Shown here piece by piece: positions 19,768 to 29,178 of a stretch of 64,000 nt of DNA. The stretch is from assembly GCA_041674405.1 (NCBI GenBank), contig JBAYVT010000004.1, positions 10,599 to 74,598 of the forward strand, read 5' to 3'. Each line of letters begins with the position of its first letter. The stretch's first letter is position 1. The notes beneath the pieces are model-generated. The model made no database searches. It had not been told where the DNA came from and saw only the letters and a program-made list of their open reading frames with translations. The position numbers and the translations under genes are program-made. Origin of the DNA: Patescibacteria group bacterium. GTDB lineage: Bacteria > Patescibacteriota > UBA1384 > XYA2-FULL-43-10.

Positions 19768-20379
19768 CTACTCGTTGAACATCACGCTATGATCTGACCG
19801 CTTATATTCATCATGAATATCTTCATCAGAAAACCAATGGGTAATCTCATGCTCGGCCTCTTCTGGCGTTTCCGAAGCATGCATGATGTTCTTAATTGCC
19901 CGACCTTCTAGGTTTGCAGCCGCAGGTGAGTCTACTGAAAAATCTCCCCTCACAGTGCCAATTTCAGCCTTGGACGGAAGGGTATTACCAGCAATTTTGC
20001 GCACCATATCAATAGCGTGCACACCCTCGACAATCATTGCAACAACAGGAGCATCAAGGAGATAATCAACCAACCATTTTCGAACCATTTTTCCGGCTTC
20101 TTTCTTTGAATCGGTGCCCATCATTTCTTTTGGATCGATGCCATATTCCTCAAAGACCGTAAAACCTTTGTGCCCGAGCCTTTCTATCCAGGCTTCGTCC
20201 TTTGGGTAATGATTATCGATGTGTTCAAGTGATGGCTTGACCATTTTAAGAGCAACGATTTTCAGCCCGCGATTCTCAAGCCGTTTAATTACTTCGCCAA
20301 CCAATCCCCTCTGTACCCCGTCCGGCTTGACTAGTACGAGCGATCTTTGAATCGCAATCTTTAATTTCTTTTCCGCCAT
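19768..20379 (-). CDS. ndk: Nucleoside diphosphate kinase with a roughly 60-aa extension or insertion
   Basis: RSLVLVKPDGVQRGLVGEVIKRLENRGLKIVALKMV matches the NDK N-terminus. At 203 aa it is longer than the typical 140 aa. Confidence 0.85.
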   Translation of the reverse strand: MAEKKLKIAIQRSLVLVKPDGVQRGLVGEVIKRLENRGLKIVALKMVKPSLEHIDNHYPKDEAWIERLGHKGFTVFEEYGIDPKEMMGTDSKKEAGKMVRKWLVDYLLDAPVVAMIVEGVHAIDMVRKIAGNTLPSKAEIGTVRGDFSVDSPAAANLEGRAIKNIMHASETPEEAEHEITHWFSDEDIHDEYKRSDHSVMFNE

Positions 20380-20387
20380 AAGTTCTC

Positions 20388-21659
20388 CTATCCATTTAAA
20401 ATTTTCTTAAGCTTCTTGTCGTCAAGAAAAGGCCCGACAACAGACACCAACATTTTATCAAAGTTGATGTATTTTTTCGCCACCCGTATTACGTCTTTGG
20501 CCGTTACTTCTTCAAATTTGGCAATGACTTCCTCGGGCGCCATGAGCTTTTCATGGATTATTTCCATCCGCATCAGCGATTCTGCCAAATTTTCCGAATC
20601 TTCCATTCCGATCGATATCGCACTTTTCATAAGTTCTTTAGCGCGCTTTATTTCCTCGTCTTTTGGGCCATCTTTGACAATTTTCCGGTATTCATTGATT
20701 ATCGCCCTGGATGCTTTCTCGATATTTTCATGCGCAACATTGGCAAGGGTAACCAGCGACCCAGCATCGGAGTATGCGATGTGCTCAGTCTCAGCTGCAT
20801 ATGCCAGACCTAGTTTTTCTCTTACTTCAACAAACATTCTGGAGCTGGATGATCCGCCCAATATTTCCGCCAAGATTTTAAACGCATATCTATCTTCCAA
20901 ATCCCTGAGTCCAGGACCGGCAAAACCGATTATTAAATTCGTTTGCTCTGTTTTTCTTTGCCCGGAAACCTCTCTTGCAACATCAAGTGTACCCGATGTA
21001 ATAATTTCAGATTTTTTGCCACTTTTCGCTGTAAAATACTTTTCAGCCTCACAGACAACTTTTTCTTCTGTAAGATTGCCAAGGTTACCGCATATGACGA
21101 CCACAATATTCTCGGCAATGTAATGATCCTGCTCAAATTCCAATAGCTCTTCGTGTTTGATTTTTCGCACAGATTCAACGGTGCCTGCAATTCTTCGTCC
21201 AAGTGATTTTTCTGTAAAAATATTTTCTTCGAAAAGTTCAATCACTTCTTCCATTGGTCTATCTTTGTGCATCTTGATATCTTCGATCACAACGTTTTTT
21301 TCGCGGTTAAACTCTTCTTTGGAATTTATCGGATTGATCAAATTATCTGAGAGGTAATCAAGGACCTCAACCAAGTGATCGGAAGATATTTTGACATGAT
21401 AAGCCGTAAGCTCCTTATCGGTATAAGCGTTATAAATGCCGCCGATATCGTTGATAAAGTCGTTCACCTTAGAAGGAGTGGGGCGTTTTTTCGATCCCTT
21501 GAAGCTCATGTGCTCAATAAAATGGGAAACTCCCGACAAATTCTCCGGTTCATACCGGCTGCCGACAGCAACGCCAACCATCACCGCCACCGCATTTGTT
21601 TCTTCCCGTGGGGCAATAATCAGCCGAACTCCATTTTTGAGCGTGTATTTCTTGAACAA
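20388..21659 (-). CDS. M16 family zinc peptidase (pitrilysin/insulinase-like)
   Basis: Inverted zinc motif HFIEHMSFKGS (HxxEH) near the N-terminus; 423 aa. Confidence 0.85.
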   Translation of the reverse strand: MFKKYTLKNGVRLIIAPREETNAVAVMVGVAVGSRYEPENLSGVSHFIEHMSFKGSKKRPTPSKVNDFINDIGGIYNAYTDKELTAYHVKISSDHLVEVLDYLSDNLINPINSKEEFNREKNVVIEDIKMHKDRPMEEVIELFEENIFTEKSLGRRIAGTVESVRKIKHEELLEFEQDHYIAENIVVVICGNLGNLTEEKVVCEAEKYFTAKSGKKSEIITSGTLDVAREVSGQRKTEQTNLIIGFAGPGLRDLEDRYAFKILAEILGGSSSSRMFVEVREKLGLAYAAETEHIAYSDAGSLVTLANVAHENIEKASRAIINEYRKIVKDGPKDEEIKRAKELMKSAISIGMEDSENLAESLMRMEIIHEKLMAPEEVIAKFEEVTAKDVIRVAKKYINFDKMLVSVVGPFLDDKKLKKILNG

Positions 21660-21660
21660 T

Positions 21661-22005
21661 TTATTTCTTCGAATTATTTATGCTTGGCAGATCTGATAGA
21701 GCAATAATATCCAATGCAATTTCTTCGTAAGGATGATTTTCCTTAATGACTTCTAGCGCTTTTTCAATGTCAGATTTAGGACAGATGAATTCCAGTTTCA
21801 CCTCTTCGGCTTCCTCAATTTTTCCAACTTCACCAATCGCCGGATCTGCGCCTTTGAGGGGCCGAAAATATCCTTTGCCCTCTGATATGAATGAACAATA
21901 ATCATAATTGCCCATTTTGCCAATACCGGCTTTGCCGAGAGCAAGTCGTAATTGTTCAATGTGATTTTTTGGCACGAAAACATAGATTTTAACAAATTGA
22001 TTCAT
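21661..22005 (-). CDS. CutA/PII-like small protein
   Basis: C-terminal ALEVIKENHPYEEIALDIIAL resembles the CutA HHPYxxPE region, and the 114-aa size fits a PII-like fold. Confidence 0.45.
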   Translation of the reverse strand: MNQFVKIYVFVPKNHIEQLRLALGKAGIGKMGNYDYCSFISEGKGYFRPLKGADPAIGEVGKIEEAEEVKLEFICPKSDIEKALEVIKENHPYEEIALDIIALSDLPSINNSKK

Positions 22006-22027
22006 GACCTATCTCCTCTTACGGAAA

Positions 22028-22129
22028 GCTCCGCCCGAAAAGTCCCTACGGGGCATTTCCCGACTCCTTCCCGTTTGAATCCCATCAAAAAGTCCAACCG
22101 CATAGCCCGACGAATCGGGCGACGTGGAA
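22028..22129 (-). repeat. Conserved roughly 100-nt element directly 3' of tRNA-Ser(TGA); homologous to 33957..34045
   Basis: Starts TTCCACGTCGCCCGATTCGTCGGGCTATGCGG and continues ...AACGGGAAGGAGTCGGGAAATG.... It shares long identical blocks with the sequence that follows tRNA-Ser(CGA). Confidence 0.6.
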
Positions 22130-22220
22130 TGGCGGAGAGAGTGGGATTCGAACCCACGAGAGCCTTGCAGCCCTACCTGTTTTCAAGACAGGCGCACTAG
22201 ACCAACTATGCGATCTCTCC
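22130..22220 (-). tRNA. tRNA-Ser (anticodon TGA), class II with a long variable arm and encoded CCA
   Basis: Folded by hand: acceptor GGAGAGA/TCTCTCC, anticodon stem CCTGT/ACAGG with loop CTTGAAA, T-arm GTGGG-TTCGAAT-CCCAC. Confidence 0.85.
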
Positions 22221-22221
22221 A

Positions 22222-22314
22222 TGGCGGAAGGTGTGGGATTCGAACCCACGTGGCGGCTTTTAGACCACCGACGGTTTAGCAAACCGTTCCCTTAAGCCTC
22301 TCGGGCAACCTTCC
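22222..22314 (-). tRNA. tRNA-Ser (anticodon GCT), class II with a long variable arm and encoded CCA
   Basis: Acceptor GGAAGGT/ACCTTCC, anticodon stem ACGGT/ACCGT with loop TTGCTAA, T-arm GTGGG-TTCGAAT-CCCAC. It lies 1 nt upstream of tRNA-Ser(TGA). Confidence 0.85.
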
Positions 22315-22438
22315 ATTTACTTGACGATTCTAACAGAAAAATACTCTCGGAGCAACCGTTTTGTGCGCAAAATTCATATCTGGAGTATAATGCAATTATT
22401 GTAATTCTCTCGACTACGCTCGAGATAAAGGAGGCTAT

Positions 22439-22669
22439 ATGAGCGAAGTTAAATTAGGCAAATATAGACATTTCAAAGGCATGATTGTCGATGTCATCGG
22501 CATTGCACTCCACAGCGAAACGATCGAGGAGATGGTTGTTTACAACCACCCCGATCCGGTGAAGGGCAAAGACGCCAATACGATGTGGGTCCGCCCGAAA
22601 GCGATGTTTCTAGAAACCGTTGAGAAAGACGGCAAAACTATCCCGCGATTTGAATACATTGGGGGGTAA
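22439..22669 (+). CDS. DUF1653 family protein
   Basis: KLGKYRHFKG...VIGIALHSETIEEMVVY...WVRPKAMFLETVE matches the DUF1653 pattern. Confidence 0.7.
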   Translation: MSEVKLGKYRHFKGMIVDVIGIALHSETIEEMVVYNHPDPVKGKDANTMWVRPKAMFLETVEKDGKTIPRFEYIGG

Positions 22670-23094
22670 TGCAAACAAGATTTTATAAAAATGAAGATTA
22701 TGAATCTGTCAAATCAATTCTTTCGGAAGCAGATATGTTCGACGAGGTTTGGGATAGCAAACAACATCTCGCAAAAAAGATTCAATTAGAAGCCAAGGGC
22801 ATTCTCTTAGCCGTAGAAAATAAGGAAATCATCGGCTGCATTTATGTAAATCGTAATCCTTGGGCTTGTTTTCTGTATCGGTTAGCAGTGAGAAAACAAT
22901 ATCGCAAAAAAGGGGCAGGAACGCTTTTGATTGAGACTGCTACCAACATGCTGCAAGAGGAAGGTGTTGAAGAAGTCGCAATTTATGTTGATTCCTCGAA
23001 TGAAGATCTTCAAAATTTTTATGAAAAACGCGGATTTATCAAGGGCGGTCTTTATAGATGCATGTATAAAAAGCTTGATGGTGAAGACGAATGA
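22669..23094 (+). CDS. GNAT family N-acetyltransferase
   Basis: Motif A region LAVRKQYRKKGAGTLLIETA with a C-terminal FYEKRGF. The start overlaps the stop of the upstream gene. Confidence 0.75.
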   Translation: MQTRFYKNEDYESVKSILSEADMFDEVWDSKQHLAKKIQLEAKGILLAVENKEIIGCIYVNRNPWACFLYRLAVRKQYRKKGAGTLLIETATNMLQEEGVEEVAIYVDSSNEDLQNFYEKRGFIKGGLYRCMYKKLDGEDE

Positions 23095-23666
23095 AAGTCC
23101 TCTTAATCGACAACAATACCAAGCATTTGAAAGAGCTCCGTGATCTTATCGAAGGTTGCGGGCATACTTCGGATACGATCAAATACACCGAGGCCAGCTC
23201 CGCAATCGCAGACCGATACGATCTCTCGATAATCACCGGTGGCCATCTTCTGGCGATTCCGAACCATAAGGAAGATTTGGCCCCGCAAATTGCGATGATC
23301 AAAGACATGCAGAAGCCGCTTCTGGGAATCTGTCACGGATTTCAACTCATAGCCTACACTTTCGGCGCCAAGCTTCACTACCGCACCGAACGGCTCAAAG
23401 GAATCATCGAGGTCAATGTCTCTAAAACCGATCCTATCTTCGGTGAACTTACGAAGTTCGACGCGTTTGTGTCACACAAATATTACATCATGCGTCTGCC
23501 GAAAGAGCTTATCGAATTAGCGAGATCAAAATACAATATCGAGGCATTAAAACACAATAATCGGCCAATTTATGGCTTTCAGTTTCACCCTGAAGTAATA
23601 ACCCCGGGCAACACCAGCGGCCAAATATTGATCAATCTTTTTCGTGAAATTGAAAAACGCTCGTAA
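23091..23666 (+). CDS. Class I glutamine amidotransferase-like protein (Cys-His-Glu triad)
   Basis: GICHGFQL (nucleophile elbow) and FQFHPEV motifs. The gene overlaps the upstream GNAT gene by 4 bp. Confidence 0.75.
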   Translation: MKVLLIDNNTKHLKELRDLIEGCGHTSDTIKYTEASSAIADRYDLSIITGGHLLAIPNHKEDLAPQIAMIKDMQKPLLGICHGFQLIAYTFGAKLHYRTERLKGIIEVNVSKTDPIFGELTKFDAFVSHKYYIMRLPKELIELARSKYNIEALKHNNRPIYGFQFHPEVITPGNTSGQILINLFREIEKRS

Positions 23667-23755
23667 TTTCTATTTTTCATCAAATTTTTATTACTTTTTT
23701 GACAGAATCTTCAAAAGTTTTATAATGGAAGTAGCTATTATTTCTCGGAGGGATT

Positions 23756-24262
23756 TTGGCAAACGACCCAAAAACCACAGCTCCCAAGATTGACTTGTCC
23801 AACGAGAAGCCGCTTTTTCAGTGGAAAGCAAATGAATTTGCGGAATATTCCAAAAATTCTTCTTGGTATCTATTGGTGATCGTGGTTGCGATTGCAATTG
23901 CAGCCGTGTTTTGGTGGCTTAAGAACTGGACTGCCATCGGAGTTGTAGCGGCAGCGGCTATTGCCCTCATTGCACAAGCCAAGACCAAGCCGAAAAGTGT
24001 ATCTGTCCAGCTATTTAGGGAAGGTATTGTTGTAAATAATAAAGTCTATCCTTATGATTCCTTAAAATCTTTTTGGATTATTTCCGGAGACCATCCGGTT
24101 TTTCGGCTCGAGCAAACCGGGTTTCTAAGGCCGCACATCAATGTGCCTATTGCCGAAGAAGATCCAGCACAGATTCAGCTTTTTTTGGCAAAATTTTTAC
24201 CTGAAAACGAGAAAAAAGGCGAGGATATTGCCGATATCATCCAGAGATGGACGCGATTCTAA
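23756..24262 (+). CDS. Hypothetical membrane protein (two TM helices); probable TTG start
   Basis: Consensus promoter TTGACA-17-TATAAT at about 23697-23725 and GGAGGG before the start; a hydrophobic pair of helices. Confidence 0.5.
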   Translation: MANDPKTTAPKIDLSNEKPLFQWKANEFAEYSKNSSWYLLVIVVAIAIAAVFWWLKNWTAIGVVAAAAIALIAQAKTKPKSVSVQLFREGIVVNNKVYPYDSLKSFWIISGDHPVFRLEQTGFLRPHINVPIAEEDPAQIQLFLAKFLPENEKKGEDIADIIQRWTRF

Positions 24263-24322
24263 AGAAGTTAAAAGTGGAAAGTATAAAAAAATGCACAGGA
24301 GAGTGCTTTTTTGTTTGGTTTT

Positions 24323-24952
24323 CTAAAGAGGCTTTAATTCGTCCTTAAATCTTTCAATCATAAATTTAAGATCAGGAGTGAAAGAATCTGGATTTTTATC
24401 GATCTCGTGCAAAAGTTCGTCCATTGAGAAAACTTCTATTCCACACGATTCTCCGTCGACAAATTTCAACACACCATTATAATAGCCGATGTAATAACAA
24501 GTAATATACGGCTGAATGAATTTTTTACCATCAATTGAAGTTCTCTCTGAATCCAAATCTGCCGGCCCGAGCAATTTTTTAACGAGTCCAATAACTTCAA
24601 GATTTGTGGATTTCACAGCTTTTGAAAAATCCTCGTCGCTAATTACTGCGACTGGAATCCCAAGTTCCTCGGCACATTCACGAACGACCGTGATCTCCCA
24701 GTGTCCCCCGGAGCTAAGATGCCCCCCTACTGTCTTGTCGTATAGCCCAGGGTTTTCAGGTTTTATTCGGCTTCTCTTTTGCAAATAAATCCTGCCGTCC
24801 GTGTTCAGAAGAAGTAGTCTGATAGATTTAACCCTACTAGAGACTTTTCCCGTCTTTTCAAACTCTTCTTTGCTTTCAATAAAGTATTTCTTCCGGTCTT
24901 CAACCCTAAGTAGGTTGCCTTCGAGATCATATATATCTAATTTCTCAGCCAT
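24323..24952 (-). CDS. Nudix hydrolase (IDI-like subgroup possible)
   Basis: Nudix box GGHLSSGGHWEITVVRECAEELGI. Confidence 0.75.
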   Translation of the reverse strand: MAEKLDIYDLEGNLLRVEDRKKYFIESKEEFEKTGKVSSRVKSIRLLLLNTDGRIYLQKRSRIKPENPGLYDKTVGGHLSSGGHWEITVVRECAEELGIPVAVISDEDFSKAVKSTNLEVIGLVKKLLGPADLDSERTSIDGKKFIQPYITCYYIGYYNGVLKFVDGESCGIEVFSMDELLHEIDKNPDSFTPDLKFMIERFKDELKPL

Positions 24953-24974
24953 ATTGATTCCATAATATTAACTT

Positions 24975-25050
24975 CGGCCTCTGATTTTGAGTTATGGTAC
25001 GCCCGGCAGGAATTGAACCTGCGACCTTCTGGACCGCAACCAGACGCTCT
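24975..25050 (-). tRNA. tRNA-Arg (anticodon GCG), with encoded CCA
   Basis: Hand fold of GCGCCCGTAGCTCAGTGGATAGAGCGTCTGGTTGCGGTCCAGAAGGTCGCAGGTTCAATTCCTGCCGGGCGTACCA: anticodon loop TTGCGGT, G1-U72 pair, discriminator A. Confidence 0.7.
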
Positions 25051-25145
25051 ATCCACTGAGCTACGGGCGCAAACACGCATTATATTAGCATTATTTTAAG
25101 ATTATTTCTAGACTTTCCACTTTGCACTTTTCACTTGAAACTATT

Positions 25146-25846
25146 TTATCCGTGCGCCACTACAACGCCGTACACTTTCTTCGCCCCGGCGGCCTTTAGA
25201 ACTTTCGCACATTCGTTTAAGGTTGTTCCGGTAGTCGCAACATCATCAATCAATAAAACGTTTTTTCCGTGCACAAATTCATCGTCTTCAACGCGAAAAA
25301 CCCCTGTAAGATTAGAAAGCCTTTCGTTTCGCTTAAGGGTAGCTTGGGGTTTTTGATCTTTTATTCTTGATAGCGCATCACAGCCGGGAATTCCAAGCTT
25401 ATTTGAAACGTATTTTCCGATCAATTCTGACTGGTTGAATCCCCTTTCTGCCTTCCGTTTCAGCGAGAGTGGAACTGATACAATTACACAATTATCGGGT
25501 ATAGCTTCGAGCAATAATCGCTCTACCAACAATTCTCCGAGTATGCCGGCAAGGTCGACAAATCCTGAATATTTTAAGTGATGAATAATTTCCTTTGTCG
25601 GTCCCGCGTCATAAGTCGCAGCCGACATAATGCCATTTATCATAAAACCCAGGTTTTTTTGCAGTTGAGACAATACGAGCCAAATTTGATGATTTTACCG
25701 CATTCCGGACAAGTCGATGTGGCGATTTTTTCGATTTTACTGGCACAACCAAAACACAAATGATTGCCATATTTGCCACAAGAAATACATTTTTTCGGAT
25801 AAAATATGTCAATGATCGTATTTAGATATTGTCTGGTTAAACCCAT
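25146..25846 (-). pseudogene. comFC: ComFC-family phosphoribosyltransferase interrupted by an apparent frameshift (double zinc-ribbon N-terminus in one frame, PRTase body in another)
   Basis: ORF 25640..26074 carries the CISCGKYGNHLCFGC...CPECGKII...CLNC zinc ribbons. ORF 25146..25673 carries the ComFC middle region and the PRT motif VLLIDDVATTGTT. The two overlap by 34 nt in different frames. This could be a sequencing error rather than true decay. Confidence 0.55.
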
Positions 25847-25971
25847 ACATATATAATTAATGTTTTGCTGTTGACTAGTTTTTTTTACTGATTTACAATT
25901 ACATTGTATATTATAATTGAATATCGCAATTATTCTGGATATCCTGAGGATTTGCCGCTCAAAGGAGGGAA

Positions 25972-26340
25972 ATGACAGAGGAGGACAAAAATGACTGGGC
26001 GGATGGCGAAAGTGAAGGACAACTAGCAATAGATGTCTATCATGACGACCAAGCCGTATATATTTTGGCGCCAATAGCCGGTGTCAAGGCTTCTGATGTT
26101 GACATTTCCATCACAGATGAGGTTGTTACCATACGCGGCGAACGAAGCCCCGGTCACGATACCGGAGACGAAAAACATTTTACAAAAGAGTGCTATTGGG
26201 GGCCATTTTCCCGATCTTATGTTATGCCTATTGCGGTCGCTTCCGAAAAAGCAAAGGCAATACTTAAAGACGGCCTTCTTAAAATTGTGATTCCAAAAGA
26301 CGAAAAAGTTAAAACAAAAATAATAAAAGTTGAGGAATAG
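25972..26340 (+). CDS. Hsp20/alpha-crystallin family small heat-shock protein
   Basis: Alpha-crystallin domain ending DGLLKIVIPK; 122 aa; promoter-like TTGACT...TATATTATAAT upstream. Confidence 0.8.
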   Translation: MTEEDKNDWADGESEGQLAIDVYHDDQAVYILAPIAGVKASDVDISITDEVVTIRGERSPGHDTGDEKHFTKECYWGPFSRSYVMPIAVASEKAKAILKDGLLKIVIPKDEKVKTKIIKVEE

Positions 26341-26377
26341 TTCACAATTAGTAGTTTGTAGTCCTTGGTTTGCTAAT

Positions 26378-26416
26378 TAATTACCGCTTGGAGCTTGGCG
26401 GTAATTTGTGTTTTAA
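26378..26416 (+). terminator. Rho-independent terminator downstream of the Hsp20 gene
   Basis: Hairpin AATTACCGC-ttggagcttg-GCGGTAATT followed by TGTGTTTT. Confidence 0.7.
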
Positions 26417-26479
26417 TTAAGGTGTGATGGTTTTCCCTACTGACTACGGACTACCCCCTAATGACTAAAAGGAGTTTTT

Positions 26480-27355
26480 ATGAAAATTCGCAAAGCCGTT
26501 ATTCCGGCAGCAGGTTACGGAACAAGATTTTTGCCGGCAACCAAATCTATCCCAAAAGAAATGCTGCCGATTGTCGACAAACCAACCATTCAGTATGTGA
26601 TCGAAGAGGCTGTTGAGTCAGGAATAGAAGATATCATTATCGTCACCGGTAGTACCAAGAGAGCAATCGAGGACCACTTCGACCACAGCCTGGAACTTGA
26701 AGGACAACTACAAAAAGCGGGAAAGATAGATCAATTAGAACAAATCCAAAAAATTGCCAGGATGGCGAATTTTATTTACGTGCGCCAGAAAGGGGCTTAC
26801 GGTAATGGTACGCCTGTTCTTAACGCAGAGCACATCATAGGAAATGAGCCTTTTGCAGTTCTTTGGGGCGATGAGTTTATTGCTGGTAATCCTCCGCGAT
26901 TGAAACAGTCGATAGAAGTATTTGACGAGTTTAAGAGGCCAGTTATTTCAGCTGTTCGAGTCGAAAAAAAGGAAGATCTGTCCCGTTATGGCATTGGCGA
27001 TGTAACGCTGGTAAGAGACAATATCTTCGAAATTAACGAGATAGTCGAAAAGCCTGATCCGGACAAAGCGCCGTCAAATTTAGCCACGCATGGAGCCTAC
27101 ATCCTAACTCCAGATATTTTTGATGCTTTAAAGAGTCAGAAACCTGGAAAAGGCGGTGAAATTTGGTTAGTAGATGGAATAAATGAACTTAAAAAGAAGG
27201 GTCCGATCTATGCCTGCGAAATTAAGGGCGGCAAATATTATGACTGCGGGAATATTACAGAATATCTAAAGACCAATGTCGAGCTTGCCTTGAAGCGCCC
27301 GGATCTCCAGGAGGAATTTGGGGAATTTATAAAAGAAACTGCCTCGAAATTGTAA
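26480..27355 (+). CDS. galU: UTP--glucose-1-phosphate uridylyltransferase
   Basis: MKIRKAVIPAAGYGTRFLPATKSIPKEMLPIVDKPTIQY is the canonical GalU N-terminus. Confidence 0.9.
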   Translation: MKIRKAVIPAAGYGTRFLPATKSIPKEMLPIVDKPTIQYVIEEAVESGIEDIIIVTGSTKRAIEDHFDHSLELEGQLQKAGKIDQLEQIQKIARMANFIYVRQKGAYGNGTPVLNAEHIIGNEPFAVLWGDEFIAGNPPRLKQSIEVFDEFKRPVISAVRVEKKEDLSRYGIGDVTLVRDNIFEINEIVEKPDPDKAPSNLATHGAYILTPDIFDALKSQKPGKGGEIWLVDGINELKKKGPIYACEIKGGKYYDCGNITEYLKTNVELALKRPDLQEEFGEFIKETASKL

Positions 27356-27436
27356 AAGTGGTTGTTTTGTACAAAATGTTGTATCATGTTATCAGATACA
27401 TTGATAGATGTCCTTGTTTATAAAAGGTGAGGGGAT

Positions 27437-28816
27437 ATGGAAATTAAAGCTGGGTTTTTGAAAAAAATCAGTCTAGTTCTCTCGATTTTGCTTTTAGCCA
27501 TTCTTACATCAGGGTGCTCCATAAGATCTACGGGCACAACAGAATCAAAAGTTATAACCATATGGGGCTTTGAAGATGAGGATACTTGGAAGCCAACAAT
27601 AGACGAACTATCCCAAGGAAGCCTAAACGGATACGAAATAAACTACGTCAAAAAAACTCTCGACGCCAACTATGAGAATGATTCTTTGAATTCAATTATG
27701 TCTGGCCAAGGGCCAGATGTTTGGGCCATGCCAGCAGATTGGGTTTATCGACACAAAGACAAGCTGGCACCCATGCCAGATGATATGTTGAAAGACATTG
27801 ACCTGGATAATAAATTCGTCCCAGCCATCAAACAATCTCTTGATTTTGACGGGAAGCTTTATGGGCTTTCGCCGGTTGTTAACACCTTAATGCTGTATAT
27901 AAACAAATCAGTTACCGCCCAAGTTCTTTCCGAATTTAATCAATCCGATGCCGCGACTAATGCCGAACAAGCCGATAAGGTAAATACTCTCCTAAACTCA
28001 ACTCCGCAGACCTGGACCGAATTTGCCGACTTTGCAAATCTTGTTACCAAGAAAAATGGCGACCAAATTGTAAGAAGCGGTGTTGCCCTGGGTACAAGCC
28101 AGAACGTCACGATCTCCGAAGACCCTCTGTATGCGATGATGCTCCAAAATGGCACAGCCATGACATCTAACGACTTGCAAACCGCTACGTTTAACTTGCC
28201 TTCTTCGGGAGGATCAGACATACCGGGAAAAAGAGCTCTAGACTTCCTTGCAAGTTTTTCCAAACCGGGTTCTGCCAACTATTCCTGGAATGGAAGCATG
28301 CCGAAAGACATCGAGGCATTTGCAACCGGCAAAACTGCGATGGTATTTGCGTATGAATCTTTTGCGAATTACATGGATCAAAATTACCCAAATGTTGAAT
28401 ATTCACAGTCGGCCCTTCCTCAAATTGGCGGGGCAGATGAAAAGATTGTGGATTTTGCGCGATTTAACGCCTTGGTGGTACCAGGATTAACAAAGTTTCC
28501 ACAAGAGGCATGGGAAGTTGTTTCTGCTGTTTCTACCGAACATGCTACCGATTTTTCTAGTGCACTAAAAATTACGACTTCACAAAAAGACAATGCTATG
28601 ATCAAAGTCCTGAAAGACCGGGCGGGAAACTCTGACGTCGGCAGCTTTCAGGCCCAAACCGCTGTTACATGGAACAAGGGGAGGTACCCACTAAATATCG
28701 ATAGCATTTTTACAACAATGATCAACAATGTTTCGTCAAGCGGACAAGATACAAAAGCCGCTCTCGACACAGCAGCATCACAGGTTACGCAAATATTAAG
28801 AAAAACCACATGGTAA
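27437..28816 (+). CDS. Lipoprotein: extracellular solute-binding protein (ABC family 1, sugar type), orphan with no permease nearby
   Basis: Lipobox LTSGCS followed by a MalE-like TIWGFEDEDTWK...GKLYGLSPVVNTLMLYINKS pattern. Confidence 0.6.
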   Translation: MEIKAGFLKKISLVLSILLLAILTSGCSIRSTGTTESKVITIWGFEDEDTWKPTIDELSQGSLNGYEINYVKKTLDANYENDSLNSIMSGQGPDVWAMPADWVYRHKDKLAPMPDDMLKDIDLDNKFVPAIKQSLDFDGKLYGLSPVVNTLMLYINKSVTAQVLSEFNQSDAATNAEQADKVNTLLNSTPQTWTEFADFANLVTKKNGDQIVRSGVALGTSQNVTISEDPLYAMMLQNGTAMTSNDLQTATFNLPSSGGSDIPGKRALDFLASFSKPGSANYSWNGSMPKDIEAFATGKTAMVFAYESFANYMDQNYPNVEYSQSALPQIGGADEKIVDFARFNALVVPGLTKFPQEAWEVVSAVSTEHATDFSSALKITTSQKDNAMIKVLKDRAGNSDVGSFQAQTAVTWNKGRYPLNIDSIFTTMINNVSSSGQDTKAALDTAASQVTQILRKTTW

Positions 28817-29169
28817 AAATCAAAAAAACAAAAAAAACTGCTTTAATTTTCGCCGCCACCACATTGATCTCTGTGCTGCCCGGGTTTGCCAGCGCATTTA
28901 CCACCGGAGTTGCAATAAATGGCAAAACAACTTTCTCCAGTTATATGGACTGGATGAAATCAATTTTTGGCTTTGCCATGAAACTTGGAGCGGTTTTAAC
29001 TACCCTAATGATACTCTATGCCGCAATCAAATATATCACCTCGCAAGGCAATTCTAGTGCTACCAATGAAGCAAAGGACATAATTATCGGCAGCCTGTCC
29101 GGCTTCGCCATGCTGCTTCTCATTTATTTAATTCTTAATGTTTTGGGGCTAAAAAGCTTTGCGTTTTAG
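28810..29169 (+). CDS. VirB2/TrbC-like pilin-module protein 1 (signal peptide plus two hydrophobic helices)
   Basis: 119 aa with a signal-like N-terminus and two helices separated by a short polar loop (ITSQGNSSATNEAKD). The architecture is shared with 31374..31685, 31769..32086 and the C-terminus of 29179..31377. Confidence 0.5.
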   Translation: MVKIKKTKKTALIFAATTLISVLPGFASAFTTGVAINGKTTFSSYMDWMKSIFGFAMKLGAVLTTLMILYAAIKYITSQGNSSATNEAKDIIIGSLSGFAMLLLIYLILNVLGLKSFAF

Positions 29170-29178
29170 TTAGTTAAA

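Noticed and set aside
20416-21123. 235-aa plus-strand ORF
   Set aside because: It is antisense to the well-supported M16 peptidase gene and is Ser/Ile-rich low complexity.
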